64,000 nt of DNA from Verrucomicrobiota bacterium (GTDB lineage: Bacteria > Verrucomicrobiota > Verrucomicrobiia > Limisphaerales > JADLHS01), in contig JAKQDQ010000093.1 of assembly GCA_029573725.1 (NCBI GenBank), forward strand, positions 140,963-204,962. The letters run 5' to 3'. The notes under the pieces were generated by a model. The model searched no databases, was not told the DNA's origin, and saw only the letters and a list, made by a program, of their open reading frames with translations. The position numbers were made by a program, and so were the translations under genes. Below are positions 29,103-38,102 of this stretch, piece by piece. Each line of letters starts with the position of its first letter. The stretch's first letter is position 1.

Positions 29103-29266
29103 ATTTCCCGGCCGATCCGCCCCGCCCGCGCCAGCAGAAGGGCCTGGGTGGGGCATCCGGCCGCCATCGCCCGCCAACGCGGAGGATGTCCAGCCGCCCG
29201 CCGCTTGCCGCCCCGCCGCTGCGTTGCTTGACGTTCCCGGGGGACGTTGGCTAAGGAATACTGGTG

Positions 29267-31111
29267 ATGAATAAAACCGAGTCGCATCCCTTCCAGGCGG
29301 AAATCCAGCAATTGCTGAACATCGTCATCCATTCGCTCTACACCGATAAGGAAATTTTTGTGCGCGAACTGATCTCCAATGCCGCCGATGCCTGCGAGAA
29401 GCTGCGCTTCCACCAGTCCTCCGGCAAGGCGATCCAGCAGCCGGACCTCGCCCCGGGCATTCGCCTCACCACCGATGCGTCCGCGGGCACCATTACGTTC
29501 GCGGATACCGGCTGCGGCATGACCCGCGAGGAACTGGTCGAGAATCTCGGCACGATCGCGCACTCGGGCACGAAAGCGTTTCTGCAGCAGCTTGCGGAAC
29601 AAAAACGACCGGACCTCAGTTTGATCGGACAGTTCGGAGTCGGATTTTACTCGGCCTTCATGGTGGCAAAGCACGTCACCGTCACCAGTCGCTCCATGCT
29701 GCCGGAGGCATCCGGCTGGCAGTGGACCAGCGCCGGACTGGGCGGCTACGAACTGGCCGCGGCGGCGGACGTACCGCGCGGAACCCAGATCCGGCTGGAA
29801 CTCAAGGACGACGCAAAGGAGTTTGCGCAGGAGTCCACCCTCGAACGCATCGTCGAGCGCTACTCGAACTTCGTGCCCTTTCCCATCGAGTTGAACGGCA
29901 AACGCCAAAACACCATTCAGGCCATCTGGGCGCGGAACAAAAGCGAGATCAGCGACGAGGAATATCACGAGTTTTACACGTTCATCGCGCACGACCATGA
30001 CCAGCCGTTGTTCCGGCTGCACTTCACGGCGGACGCGCCGCTGGCCATCCAGGCCCTGCTCTTTGTGCCGTCCCGCAACTGGGAAACTATCGGCATGGGA
30101 CGGATGGAATCCGCGGTGAACCTCTATTGCCGCAAGGTGCTGATCCAGGCCCGCGCCAAGGGTTTGTTTCCGGACTGGTTGCGGTTTCTCAAGGGCGCCG
30201 TGGACAGCGAAGATTTGCCGCTGAACATCTCGCGGGAAACCATGCAGGACACCGCCTTGCTGCAGAAGCTGAATCGGGTGCTGACCGGGCGCTTCCTGAA
30301 ATTTCTTGACGAGCAAGCCGGAAAGGAGGCCGACCGTTATGAGTCCTTTTACGCGGAGTACCAGCGCTTCCTCAAAGAAGGCGTCGTCACCGATTTCCAC
30401 CACAAGGAAGCACTGGGCAAACTGCTCCGCTTCGAATCCTCCCACACCGAACCGGGCAAGGTCACCTCGCTGGCCGATTACGTGAAACGCATGGCGTCCG
30501 GGCAAAAGGAGATTTACGGCCTGCTGGCCCCGCAACGCGCGGCCGCCGAAGCCAGTCCGTATTACGAAGTGTTCCGCGACCGCAAGCTGGAAGTGCTGTT
30601 TCTTTACGATCCGTGGGACGAATTTGTGATCGAACATCTGCGCGAATTCGACGGCAAAACACTGCGGCTGGCGGAAAAGGCGGACCTGCATCTCGATCAA
30701 CCCAAGCCTCACGCGCTTCCGGAGGAAGCCACCACAGCGCTGGCGGCCTGGCTCAAAGACACCCTGGGCGACAAAGTCGGCGAGGTGCGGTCCTCCCAGC
30801 GTTTGGTGGACAGTCCGGCCATCGTCGTGGACGCGGACAAATACACCACCGCCAACATGCGGCGCATCATGAAAGCCATCAAACCTGACGGTCCGGAAGC
30901 CGGGACGACGAAGTACGACCTCGAAATCAATCCGGCGCACCCCATCATCGCCCGGCTCGACGCGATGCGCCGGGAAGACGTCACCCTGGCCGGCAGCGTG
31001 GCGGAGCAAATCCTCGACAACGCCCGGGTGGCCGCCGGCTTGCTGGATGATCCGCGTGCCATGCTGACGCGCCTGAACTCACTGCTGGAAAAGGTGCTGA
31101 CGAAGGCGTGA
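29267..31111 (+). CDS. htpG: Molecular chaperone HtpG (Hsp90)
   Basis: FQAEIQQLLNIVIHSLYTDKEIFVRELISNAADA, GQFGVGFYSAF. ATG at 29267; the track begins at the GTG 3 nt earlier. Confidence 0.95.
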   Translation: MNKTESHPFQAEIQQLLNIVIHSLYTDKEIFVRELISNAADACEKLRFHQSSGKAIQQPDLAPGIRLTTDASAGTITFADTGCGMTREELVENLGTIAHSGTKAFLQQLAEQKRPDLSLIGQFGVGFYSAFMVAKHVTVTSRSMLPEASGWQWTSAGLGGYELAAAADVPRGTQIRLELKDDAKEFAQESTLERIVERYSNFVPFPIELNGKRQNTIQAIWARNKSEISDEEYHEFYTFIAHDHDQPLFRLHFTADAPLAIQALLFVPSRNWETIGMGRMESAVNLYCRKVLIQARAKGLFPDWLRFLKGAVDSEDLPLNISRETMQDTALLQKLNRVLTGRFLKFLDEQAGKEADRYESFYAEYQRFLKEGVVTDFHHKEALGKLLRFESSHTEPGKVTSLADYVKRMASGQKEIYGLLAPQRAAAEASPYYEVFRDRKLEVLFLYDPWDEFVIEHLREFDGKTLRLAEKADLHLDQPKPHALPEEATTALAAWLKDTLGDKVGEVRSSQRLVDSPAIVVDADKYTTANMRRIMKAIKPDGPEAGTTKYDLEINPAHPIIARLDAMRREDVTLAGSVAEQILDNARVAAGLLDDPRAMLTRLNSLLEKVLTKA

Positions 31112-31261
31112 ACCGGCCGGCGTAATGTCTCTCCCGCCTCTCCCGCTGGCGTCGTGTTGTCGCCTCGACTCCCCGTGCTCCGCCTGGGCCGCGCACTGCG
31201 CCACGGGTGAACACGCCCCGGTCGCCCAGGCGGGGAACTCCGCCTTCGGGGCTGCAGGACG

Positions 31262-32368
31262 TCACTGCTTCGGCCAGAGCCAGACCTGCTCGCGAAACGG
31301 ACGCAGAACCAGTTGCGCCGGATCCAGTACGACATGTTTGACCCGCTGGCGCCGCCAGGTGTAGGTGATGTGGACCAAGCCGTCTGCGGTTTGAATCACC
31401 GCCGGATATGAATATTCGGCTGCCGCGCTGGGATCATCCTCCAGGACCAGGGCTGCGAACCACTCCCGGCCGTTGGCGGACACCGCAACGTTCAGAAAGT
31501 TGCGCTGCCGATCCGCCCGATGATTGTACACCAGCAGTTGTCGGCCGTCCTTCAGCGTGACGGCATCCGTGCCGGAGTTTGGATTGGGCAACGCCGTCAA
31601 CGTCATGTCTCCCCAGGTCCGGCCGTCGTCCTGCGACCAAATCTCGAACACCCGCCCCTGTCGCGTGCGGCCCACTGCCTGCAACACGCCGCCGCCATGG
31701 AGCAGAATGCTCGGCTGAATGGCGGCCAACTGGCGACCATCATTCAGGAACGGAGTCGCCGTCCAGGTTTGTCCCCCATCGGTCGAGCGCTCGAAGTAAA
31801 CCCGCCAACCGTCGCGTCCCTCCCGGCTCGTGGGCGCGAGAATGTCGCCATTGGCCAATTGTACCGGCTTGTTTTTGATCGGACCCAAAATGCCGTCTGG
31901 CAAACGCCGCGGCACGCTCCACGTTTTGCCGTTGTTGGTGGAGGTGGTCAACATGCCCCACCATTCGCTGGGGCTGGGCCCCGCCTTGTAGAACAGCAGC
32001 AACGGGCCGGTTCGCGGCTGAAACAACACCGGATTCCAGGTGGGCCAGCGTTGCGGCCCGAATCCGGCGCCGTTGGCCACTTCCTGCGGCGCGGTCCATC
32101 CCCCGTCTGCCTGGCGGGAAACGTAAATGCAAACATCGGGATGCTTCTCGGCGGTGCCGCCAAACCAGGCCGCCACGAGCCCCGCCCGCGTTTCCACAAG
32201 GGTCGAGGCGTGGCAGGACGGGAACGGCGCGGTCTCATAAATGAATTCGCTTTTCACCAAACCCGGTTCCGCCGCCGCGCGGCTGGTCAGGGCGGCACAC
32301 AGGCTGAGAAGCGCAAGCGCCACGGCGCTGCGCCCGGGAATTATTGCTGGATCACACATTGGTTTCAT
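31262..32368 (-). CDS. Secreted BNR-repeat/exo-alpha-sialidase-like beta-propeller protein
   Basis: Signal peptide, then FIYETAPFPSCHASTLVETRAGLVAAWFGGTAEKHPDVCIYVSR and repeated S.DGG.TW motifs. Its ATG overlaps the sigma gene stop (ATGA). Confidence 0.75.
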   Translation of the reverse strand: MKPMCDPAIIPGRSAVALALLSLCAALTSRAAAEPGLVKSEFIYETAPFPSCHASTLVETRAGLVAAWFGGTAEKHPDVCIYVSRQADGGWTAPQEVANGAGFGPQRWPTWNPVLFQPRTGPLLLFYKAGPSPSEWWGMLTTSTNNGKTWSVPRRLPDGILGPIKNKPVQLANGDILAPTSREGRDGWRVYFERSTDGGQTWTATPFLNDGRQLAAIQPSILLHGGGVLQAVGRTRQGRVFEIWSQDDGRTWGDMTLTALPNPNSGTDAVTLKDGRQLLVYNHRADRQRNFLNVAVSANGREWFAALVLEDDPSAAAEYSYPAVIQTADGLVHITYTWRRQRVKHVVLDPAQLVLRPFREQVWLWPKQ

Positions 32369-33660
32369 TGTCCGAGACAGGTTTGCAGCCGGCGGGTTAA
32401 ATACAACTGTTCGGATTTCATTTCGGCCAGCTGCACCGCGGTGTGGAAATACGTCGCCGCGGCCCGCAGATTGTTTTGTCGAAATTCCAGCTCCCCCAGC
32501 ACCGCGTGGAGCAGGTAATGCGATTTGAGCATGGGAAGGTCCGGAATGGCCATGACGGCGGCAATGGCGGCTTGCGGCCCTGCGACTTCCGCCAACACCA
32601 CCGCGCGGTTCAACGCCACGTGCGGCGAGTCATCGTGGGCCAGCAGTTGATCATACAATTCAAGAATCTGCGCCCAATCGGTGGCGGCGTAACTCGGCGC
32701 GGCGCAATGGACCGCCGCGATGCCCGCTTGCAAATGATATTCGCTCAGCTTCTCGCTCGCCGCGGCGCGCGCCAGATGGAACATGCCGCGGGCAATCAAA
32801 CCCCGGTCCCACTGGGAGCGATCCTGCTCCTGCAGGCGCAGCATGTTCCCCGCCCCCTCGGCCGGGGCCGGCAATCGCGCCCCGTTCAACAGCATCAACG
32901 CCAGCAGCGCATGCGCCCTGGGTTGATCTCCCGCCGGGTGCGCCACCAGCGACTCCGCCAGGCGGATCGCTTCCAGACAAAGCGTGGCGCGTCCCAGGGC
33001 TTCGCCGCCCGCCGCCTTGCAGCCTTCGTTGAAGAGCAGGAACAAACTGTGCAACACCTGCTCGCGCCGCGCGAACAGGGTCGCCCCATCGGGCAGGGCG
33101 AGCGTCACCGGCTTCTCGCGCAGCATTTGCCTGGCGTCCGCCAGACGCTGCAAAATTGCGCTTTCGGCAATGAGAAATGCGCCGGCAATTTCCGCGGCGC
33201 TGAACCCGCATAACACCCGCAAAATCAGGGCGACTTGCGCTTCCGGCGAAAGCTGCGGATGACAACAGGCGAACAGCAGGCGGATGCGGGTTTCCCGGAT
33301 GTCGGCTTCCCGCAGTGGCGCGCTGTCCGCCGCCCGGCCGGGCCATTGCGCCATGAAGGCGATCAGTTGCTGCTGTTTGTGTTCGAAATTCGCCTCCCGT
33401 TGAATGGTGTCCAGCGCCAGGTGCTTGGTCGTCTGGGTCAGCCAGGCGGCCGGATACCGCGGCATCCCATGAAAGGGCCAGATGCGCAGCGCGCGTACCA
33501 GGGCTTCCTGCACCACCGCCTCCGCCACCTCGAGACGGTGCAGCCCGAAAACCCCCGCCAACGCCGTCACCAAATTTCCGGCCTCCCGCCGGAACAAATG
33601 TTCCGGCCAGCCCGCGGCAGCCGATTCCGTGACGCCCGTTGCCATGTCCTGCTTCCCCAT
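32365..33660 (-). CDS. ECF sigma factor with a long C-terminal TPR-like extension (ECF42-type)
   Basis: 431 aa. The N-terminal part carries sigma2/sigma4 regions (EVAEAVVQEALVRAL, LILRVLCGFSAAEIAGAF). About 230 aa of helical repeats follow. It lies immediately downstream of a YciI/DGPF gene, the typical ECF42 context. Confidence 0.85.
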   Translation of the reverse strand: MGKQDMATGVTESAAAGWPEHLFRREAGNLVTALAGVFGLHRLEVAEAVVQEALVRALRIWPFHGMPRYPAAWLTQTTKHLALDTIQREANFEHKQQQLIAFMAQWPGRAADSAPLREADIRETRIRLLFACCHPQLSPEAQVALILRVLCGFSAAEIAGAFLIAESAILQRLADARQMLREKPVTLALPDGATLFARREQVLHSLFLLFNEGCKAAGGEALGRATLCLEAIRLAESLVAHPAGDQPRAHALLALMLLNGARLPAPAEGAGNMLRLQEQDRSQWDRGLIARGMFHLARAAASEKLSEYHLQAGIAAVHCAAPSYAATDWAQILELYDQLLAHDDSPHVALNRAVVLAEVAGPQAAIAAVMAIPDLPMLKSHYLLHAVLGELEFRQNNLRAAATYFHTAVQLAEMKSEQLYLTRRLQTCLGQ

Positions 33661-33735
33661 CGCCCGCAGCCTAGAAAAGATTCATCCCGCAAAACAGTTT
33701 CAATTTTCACTCCCGCAGGAAACCACCCCGCCGCC

Positions 33736-34128
33736 TCAACGCCGGGTCAGCTCCTGCAACACCGCGTCATCAAGCCGGGGATACTTGGAGGCAATCGGCC
33801 GCACCTCCACGCTCACTCCGTACGAAAGCCCCGGACACTGTTGCGCCGCGAGCACGGCTTCCTCCAACGATTCCGCCTTCAACACCAGGTAACCGCCCAG
33901 GGTTTCCTTGGCATCCGCAAACGGATCATCCGAAACCACCCGGGTTTTGCCCATGACCATGCGGCCCTCGCGCTCAACCGCATCCCCGCCGAGCCATTTT
34001 CCCTCCTCTTTGAGGCGGTCCATCCACGCCACCCAACTGGCGACCACTTGCTGCATCTGTTCGGGAGAAAGGTCCTGATACCAGTTCACACTGCGGAAGA
34101 TCAGAAGAAAGCCATTGTCTGTGCTCAT
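33736..34128 (-). CDS. YciI-related (DGPF-type) domain protein
   Basis: From the ATG at 34128: MSTDNGFLLIFR...W...V.DDPFADAKETLGGYLVLKAESLEEAV, which is the YCII/DGPF pattern. Confidence 0.8.
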   Translation of the reverse strand: MSTDNGFLLIFRSVNWYQDLSPEQMQQVVASWVAWMDRLKEEGKWLGGDAVEREGRMVMGKTRVVSDDPFADAKETLGGYLVLKAESLEEAVLAAQQCPGLSYGVSVEVRPIASKYPRLDDAVLQELTRR

Positions 34129-34386
34129 GCCACCACCAGCAGAGTTAAGAGGAAGCAGCGCCAAGTCAAGCAACCGAACGGTCGCCCGCGTTCCGGCCCC
34201 AACCACCCCTCCAAGCCGCCCCGCCGTTGGACACCTGCCGCTGCGGACGCAGGAACTCCGGCGGCGCGGCAGTCCGGCGCGCGCACATGGCAGCCGGCGC
34301 CGGCCCCTGGCGCCCCGCCGGACCGGTTGGACATCGAAAAAATCATCGTGTTTCCAAACACGCTTCGTTTATGCTGGCCACCATTG

Positions 34387-35274
34387 ATGGTTATGAGCAG
34401 CAAGCAGATGCTTCGGTTCGGATTGCCCAAGGGCAGTCTGCAGGAAGCCACGATTCAGAAGATGGCCAAGGCGGGCTGGAACATTTCCGTGAGCAGCCGT
34501 TCCTACCTGCCCTACGTGGACGATCCCGAGTTGGAAATCCGGCTGATCCGGGCCCAGGAAATCAGCCGCTACGTCGAGCATGGTTATCTGGATTGCGGCA
34601 TCACCGGACACGATTGGGTGGTGGAAAACGGCTCGAAAGTGCATGAGGTCGGGGAGTTTCTGTTCAGCAAGGTTTCCCGCCGTCCGGCCCGCTGGGTGTT
34701 GTGCGTGCCGGAAGATTCACCGATCAAATCGGTGCGGGATTTACAGGGCAAACGCATCGCCACCGAGGTGGTCCATCTGACCAAACGGTACTTGAAAAAA
34801 CACGGCGTCAAAGCGGACGTGGAGTTTTCGTGGGGCGCCACCGAGGTCAAGGCACATGAGCTGGTGGACGCCATTGTGGAGGTCACGGAGACCGGCTCCT
34901 CGTTACGCGCCAACAAACTGCGCATCGTGGACGAGCTGCTCAGTTCCACGCCGCGCTTCATCGTCAATCGGGCCAGCTGGAAGGTGCCCTGGAAGCGCAA
35001 CAAGATCCAGACCCTGACCATGCTGCTCAAAGGCGCGCTGGATGCCGAGGCCAAGGTGGGACTCAAAATGAACATCCGCGAAAAGGACCTGGCGGCGCTG
35101 TTGAAAAAACTGCCCGCCCTGCGGATGCCGACCATTTCCCGGCTCAGCCTCGAGGGCTGGGTGGCGGTGGAAACCATCATTGACCAACACGTGGTGCGCG
35201 AAATGATTCCGGCGCTCAAAGCCGCCGGTGCGGAAGGCATCATCGAATATCCACTCAACAAAGTGGTGTACTGA
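34387..35274 (+). CDS. hisG: ATP phosphoribosyltransferase (long form)
   Basis: LRFGLPKGSLQE...RAQEISRYVEHGYLDCGITGHDW...VEVTETGSSLRAN, plus the C-terminal regulatory domain. ATG at 34387, with alternatives at 34393 and 34408. The track ORF's 384 upstream codons are shadow sequence. Confidence 0.93.
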   Translation: MVMSSKQMLRFGLPKGSLQEATIQKMAKAGWNISVSSRSYLPYVDDPELEIRLIRAQEISRYVEHGYLDCGITGHDWVVENGSKVHEVGEFLFSKVSRRPARWVLCVPEDSPIKSVRDLQGKRIATEVVHLTKRYLKKHGVKADVEFSWGATEVKAHELVDAIVEVTETGSSLRANKLRIVDELLSSTPRFIVNRASWKVPWKRNKIQTLTMLLKGALDAEAKVGLKMNIREKDLAALLKKLPALRMPTISRLSLEGWVAVETIIDQHVVREMIPALKAAGAEGIIEYPLNKVVY

Positions 35275-35369
35275 ACCGCGGAACGTGCGGACGCAAGATG
35301 ACGGTCAATTCCCCGCAACCCGCCACTGGCGCGGCGGAGCGGCGATGCGGCCGCCATTCCCTGTCGAGT

Positions 35370-36770
35370 ATGAAGACGCAAACATTCGATTTTGATGTCG
35401 CCATTTTGGGCGCGGGCAGCGCGGGATTCGCCGCCGCGCGGACCACGGCGGCGGCCGGTTTGAAGACCGCCCTGCTGGAAGGCGGGCGCGAAGTCGGCGG
35501 TCTGTGCATCCTGCGCGGGTGCATGCCGAGCAAGGCACTGCTCTATGCCGCCGAGGTGCGCCATCTGGCCCAGCACGGCGCGACCTGGGGGCTTCGCCCG
35601 GGCCGGGTGGGTTTCGATTTTAAAAAAGTCATGGCGCGCAAGGCGGCCATGATCGCCGATTTTGCGGGTTATCGCCGCCGTCAGCTCGAACACGGAAAAT
35701 TCACATTCCTCCGCGCCCAGGCAAGCTTCATTGACCCGCACACGCTGCAACTCCGCCCCGGAGGCAGGTTGACCGCGCGCCATTTCGTCATCGGCACCGG
35801 CTCGGTCGTTTCCCCGCCGCCGTTGGCCGGCCTGGACAGCGTGGGTTACCTCACCAGCGATCACGCGTTGTCACGCGAGCGGCTGCCGCGTTCGTTGATC
35901 GTGCTGGGCGGCGGCGCCACCGCGTGCGAGCTGGCGCAATTTTTCGCGCGCTTTGACGTGGCGGTGACGCAAATTCAACGCAGCCCGCACCTGCTCAAAC
36001 AATTTGATCCCGAGGCCAGCGCCACCATTGAAACCGTCTTCCGCCGCGAAGGCATCAAACTGTTCACCAACACCAGGCTGTTGCGCGCCACCCGCCAGGG
36101 CCGGTTGAAGGTGATCGAATTCGCCCAGGGCCGCAAACGGCATCGCGTGGCCGCGGAGGAGATCCTGTTGACCCTCGGACGCTCGCCCAATACCGCCACA
36201 TTGGGCCTGGAACGGGCCGGGGTGAAAACGGAAAACGGCCGGATCATCGCCAATGCCCGGCAACAAACCAGCGCCCCGCACATCTACGCGGCGGGAGACT
36301 GCACCGGCCCGCATGAAATCGTCCACATTGCCATTCAACAGGGGGAAACGGCGGCCGCCAACATTGTGCATCCACGCCGGCCGCGCGCGATGGACTACCG
36401 CCTCCTCACCAGCGTGGTTTTCACCGATCCGCAGGTGGCGCTGGTGGGCCTGACGGAAACTGCGGCCATCGCCCGCAAAATTCCCCACCGCGCCGCCAGC
36501 TATCCGTTCGATGACCACGGCAAATCGCTCATCATGGAAGCCCGGGACGGCTTCGTGAAACTGCTGGCGGACCCGAACACGGGGGAAATTCTGGGCGGCG
36601 CCTGCGTGGGGCCGTCCGGTGGCGAACTGATCCACGAAGTCATCGTGGCCATGGCCCAACGCATGACCGTGCAGGCGTTTGCCGCCACGCCGCACTACCA
36701 CCCGACACTGGCGGAGATCTGGACCTACCCGGCCGAGGAGCTGGCGACGCAAATCCCGGCGAAAAAATGA
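35370..36770 (+). CDS. Class I FAD-dependent pyridine nucleotide-disulfide oxidoreductase (dihydrolipoyl dehydrogenase / mercuric or glutathione reductase-like)
   Basis: FDFDVAILGAGSAGF (FAD), redox-active GGLCILRGCMPSK, a second Rossmann motif LIVLGGGATACE, and the dimerisation-domain HPTLAE motif. The ATG at 35370 is preferred over 35298. Confidence 0.85.
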   Translation: MKTQTFDFDVAILGAGSAGFAAARTTAAAGLKTALLEGGREVGGLCILRGCMPSKALLYAAEVRHLAQHGATWGLRPGRVGFDFKKVMARKAAMIADFAGYRRRQLEHGKFTFLRAQASFIDPHTLQLRPGGRLTARHFVIGTGSVVSPPPLAGLDSVGYLTSDHALSRERLPRSLIVLGGGATACELAQFFARFDVAVTQIQRSPHLLKQFDPEASATIETVFRREGIKLFTNTRLLRATRQGRLKVIEFAQGRKRHRVAAEEILLTLGRSPNTATLGLERAGVKTENGRIIANARQQTSAPHIYAAGDCTGPHEIVHIAIQQGETAAANIVHPRRPRAMDYRLLTSVVFTDPQVALVGLTETAAIARKIPHRAASYPFDDHGKSLIMEARDGFVKLLADPNTGEILGGACVGPSGGELIHEVIVAMAQRMTVQAFAATPHYHPTLAEIWTYPAEELATQIPAKK

Positions 36771-38102
36771 ATGCAAGCGCGCTTGCGCTCCGCCGCCGCT
36801 CCGGATCATGTTGACGGTTTGAGAAATCATCGCCGCTTCTTTTGGTGGATGCTTCCGGTCGCGCTGCTGGGTGCGGCGGTGTGGTCCTTCACCCTCTGGC
36901 GGGGACCGCGCGCCCGGGGGCCGCTGCCTTCCGAGGTTTACGTCTGGCAACGGGCCTGGACGCCATCCGTGCGGGCGGCCCTTGCCGATCATGCAACGAA
37001 CTTCAGCCAGATCGTCGGATTGCGCGCGGAAATCGTCTGGCAGAAAAACCGGGCGCCGCAACTGACCAGGGCGCAGGTGAACTTCGCCACCCTGCGCGCC
37101 CTGCCCACGCCCGTGGGGCTGGCGCTGCGGATCGGCGCCCACCCGGGGCCCTTCACCAACGACGCGACCGGAACTTTCATCGCCGATACCGCCCGCTGGA
37201 TTGTGGAGGAAGCGCAAACCAACGGACTGACCTTGAGCGAACTGCAAATTGATTTTGACTGCGCCACCGCCAAACTCGACGGCTACCGGGTGTGGTTGCA
37301 GGCCATCCAGCAACGGGTTGCCCCGACACCGGTGACCATTACCGCCCTGCCGACCTGGCTGCGTTCTCCGGCGTTCAAACGTCTGGCGGCGCAATCCCCC
37401 AATTACGTGCTGCAAGTGCATTCGGTTGCGCGCCCGCGCAGCATTGCGGCACCGTTTGCGTTGTGCGACCCGGCCGCCGCCCGGCGTGCGGTGGAGCGCG
37501 CCGGACGCCTCGGGATTCCCTTCCGGGTGGCTTTGCCCACTTACGGTTACACGTTGGCCTTTGCCGACGACGGAAAGTTCCTCGGGCTATCCGCCGAGGG
37601 ACCGCGGCCCAACTGGCCCGCCAACGCCCGGTTGCGCGAGGTTAATTCCGACCCGCAGGAAATGGCCGCCCTGGTGCAGGATTGGACGGCCAATCGGCCC
37701 GCCGCCCTGCGCGGGCTCATCTGGTTCCGGCTGCCGATCGGCGCGGATAATTTCAACTGGCGCTGGCCGACTCTCAGCGCCATTCTCGAAGCGCGCCAAC
37801 CGGTGGAGAAGTTTGGCGGTCGCGCGCAACGGGTGGCCACAAACCTGGTGGAACTGGCGCTGACCAATGACGGGGAATTGGAGGTTTTGGCGCCCTGGAC
37901 GATCACCGCGCGCTGGGCGGGGGCACGCCTGATCGCCGGGGATGCGCAGCGCGGTTTTACCCTGGCCGAACGCCGGCCGGACACCGCGAAATTTGTTTCG
38001 CAAGGACCGCCGGTCCGGCTGCGTGTCGGAGAACAAAGAACCATCGGCTGGCTGCGCTTTGACCAGGATTGCGAGGTGCATTGTGAAGTTTTTAAACGGT
38101 GA
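36771..38102 (+). CDS. DUF3142-like protein with an N-terminal TM segment/signal (function unknown)
   Basis: The ATG abuts the upstream stop (TGAATG). SEVYVWQRAWTPSVRAAL... resembles the DUF3142 N-terminal signature as I recall it. This family call is from memory only. Confidence 0.6.
   Translation: MQARLRSAAAPDHVDGLRNHRRFFWWMLPVALLGAAVWSFTLWRGPRARGPLPSEVYVWQRAWTPSVRAALADHATNFSQIVGLRAEIVWQKNRAPQLTRAQVNFATLRALPTPVGLALRIGAHPGPFTNDATGTFIADTARWIVEEAQTNGLTLSELQIDFDCATAKLDGYRVWLQAIQQRVAPTPVTITALPTWLRSPAFKRLAAQSPNYVLQVHSVARPRSIAAPFALCDPAAARRAVERAGRLGIPFRVALPTYGYTLAFADDGKFLGLSAEGPRPNWPANARLREVNSDPQEMAALVQDWTANRPAALRGLIWFRLPIGADNFNWRWPTLSAILEARQPVEKFGGRAQRVATNLVELALTNDGELEVLAPWTITARWAGARLIAGDAQRGFTLAERRPDTAKFVSQGPPVRLRVGEQRTIGWLRFDQDCEVHCEVFKR

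Noticed and set aside
28982-31009. 675-aa minus-strand ORF
   Set aside because: It is antisense to htpG. It is a shadow ORF.
34140-34170. GAGGAAGCAGCGCC string faintly reminiscent of the SRP RNA domain IV
   Set aside because: There is no flanking helix or GNRA loop, and it lies in the divergent promoter region at the DGPF gene start. It is not an SRP RNA.
33235-34386. N-terminal 384 codons of the 679-aa plus-strand ORF that ends as hisG
   Set aside because: This part is antisense to the ECF42 sigma and DGPF genes and is Arg/Pro-rich. HisG homology begins only at MVMSSKQMLRFGLPKG (34387).
34584-37421. Two long minus-strand ORFs (34584..35864 and 35871..37421)
   Set aside because: They are antisense to hisG, the disulfide oxidoreductase and the DUF3142-like gene, all of which have clear motifs or signals on the plus strand.
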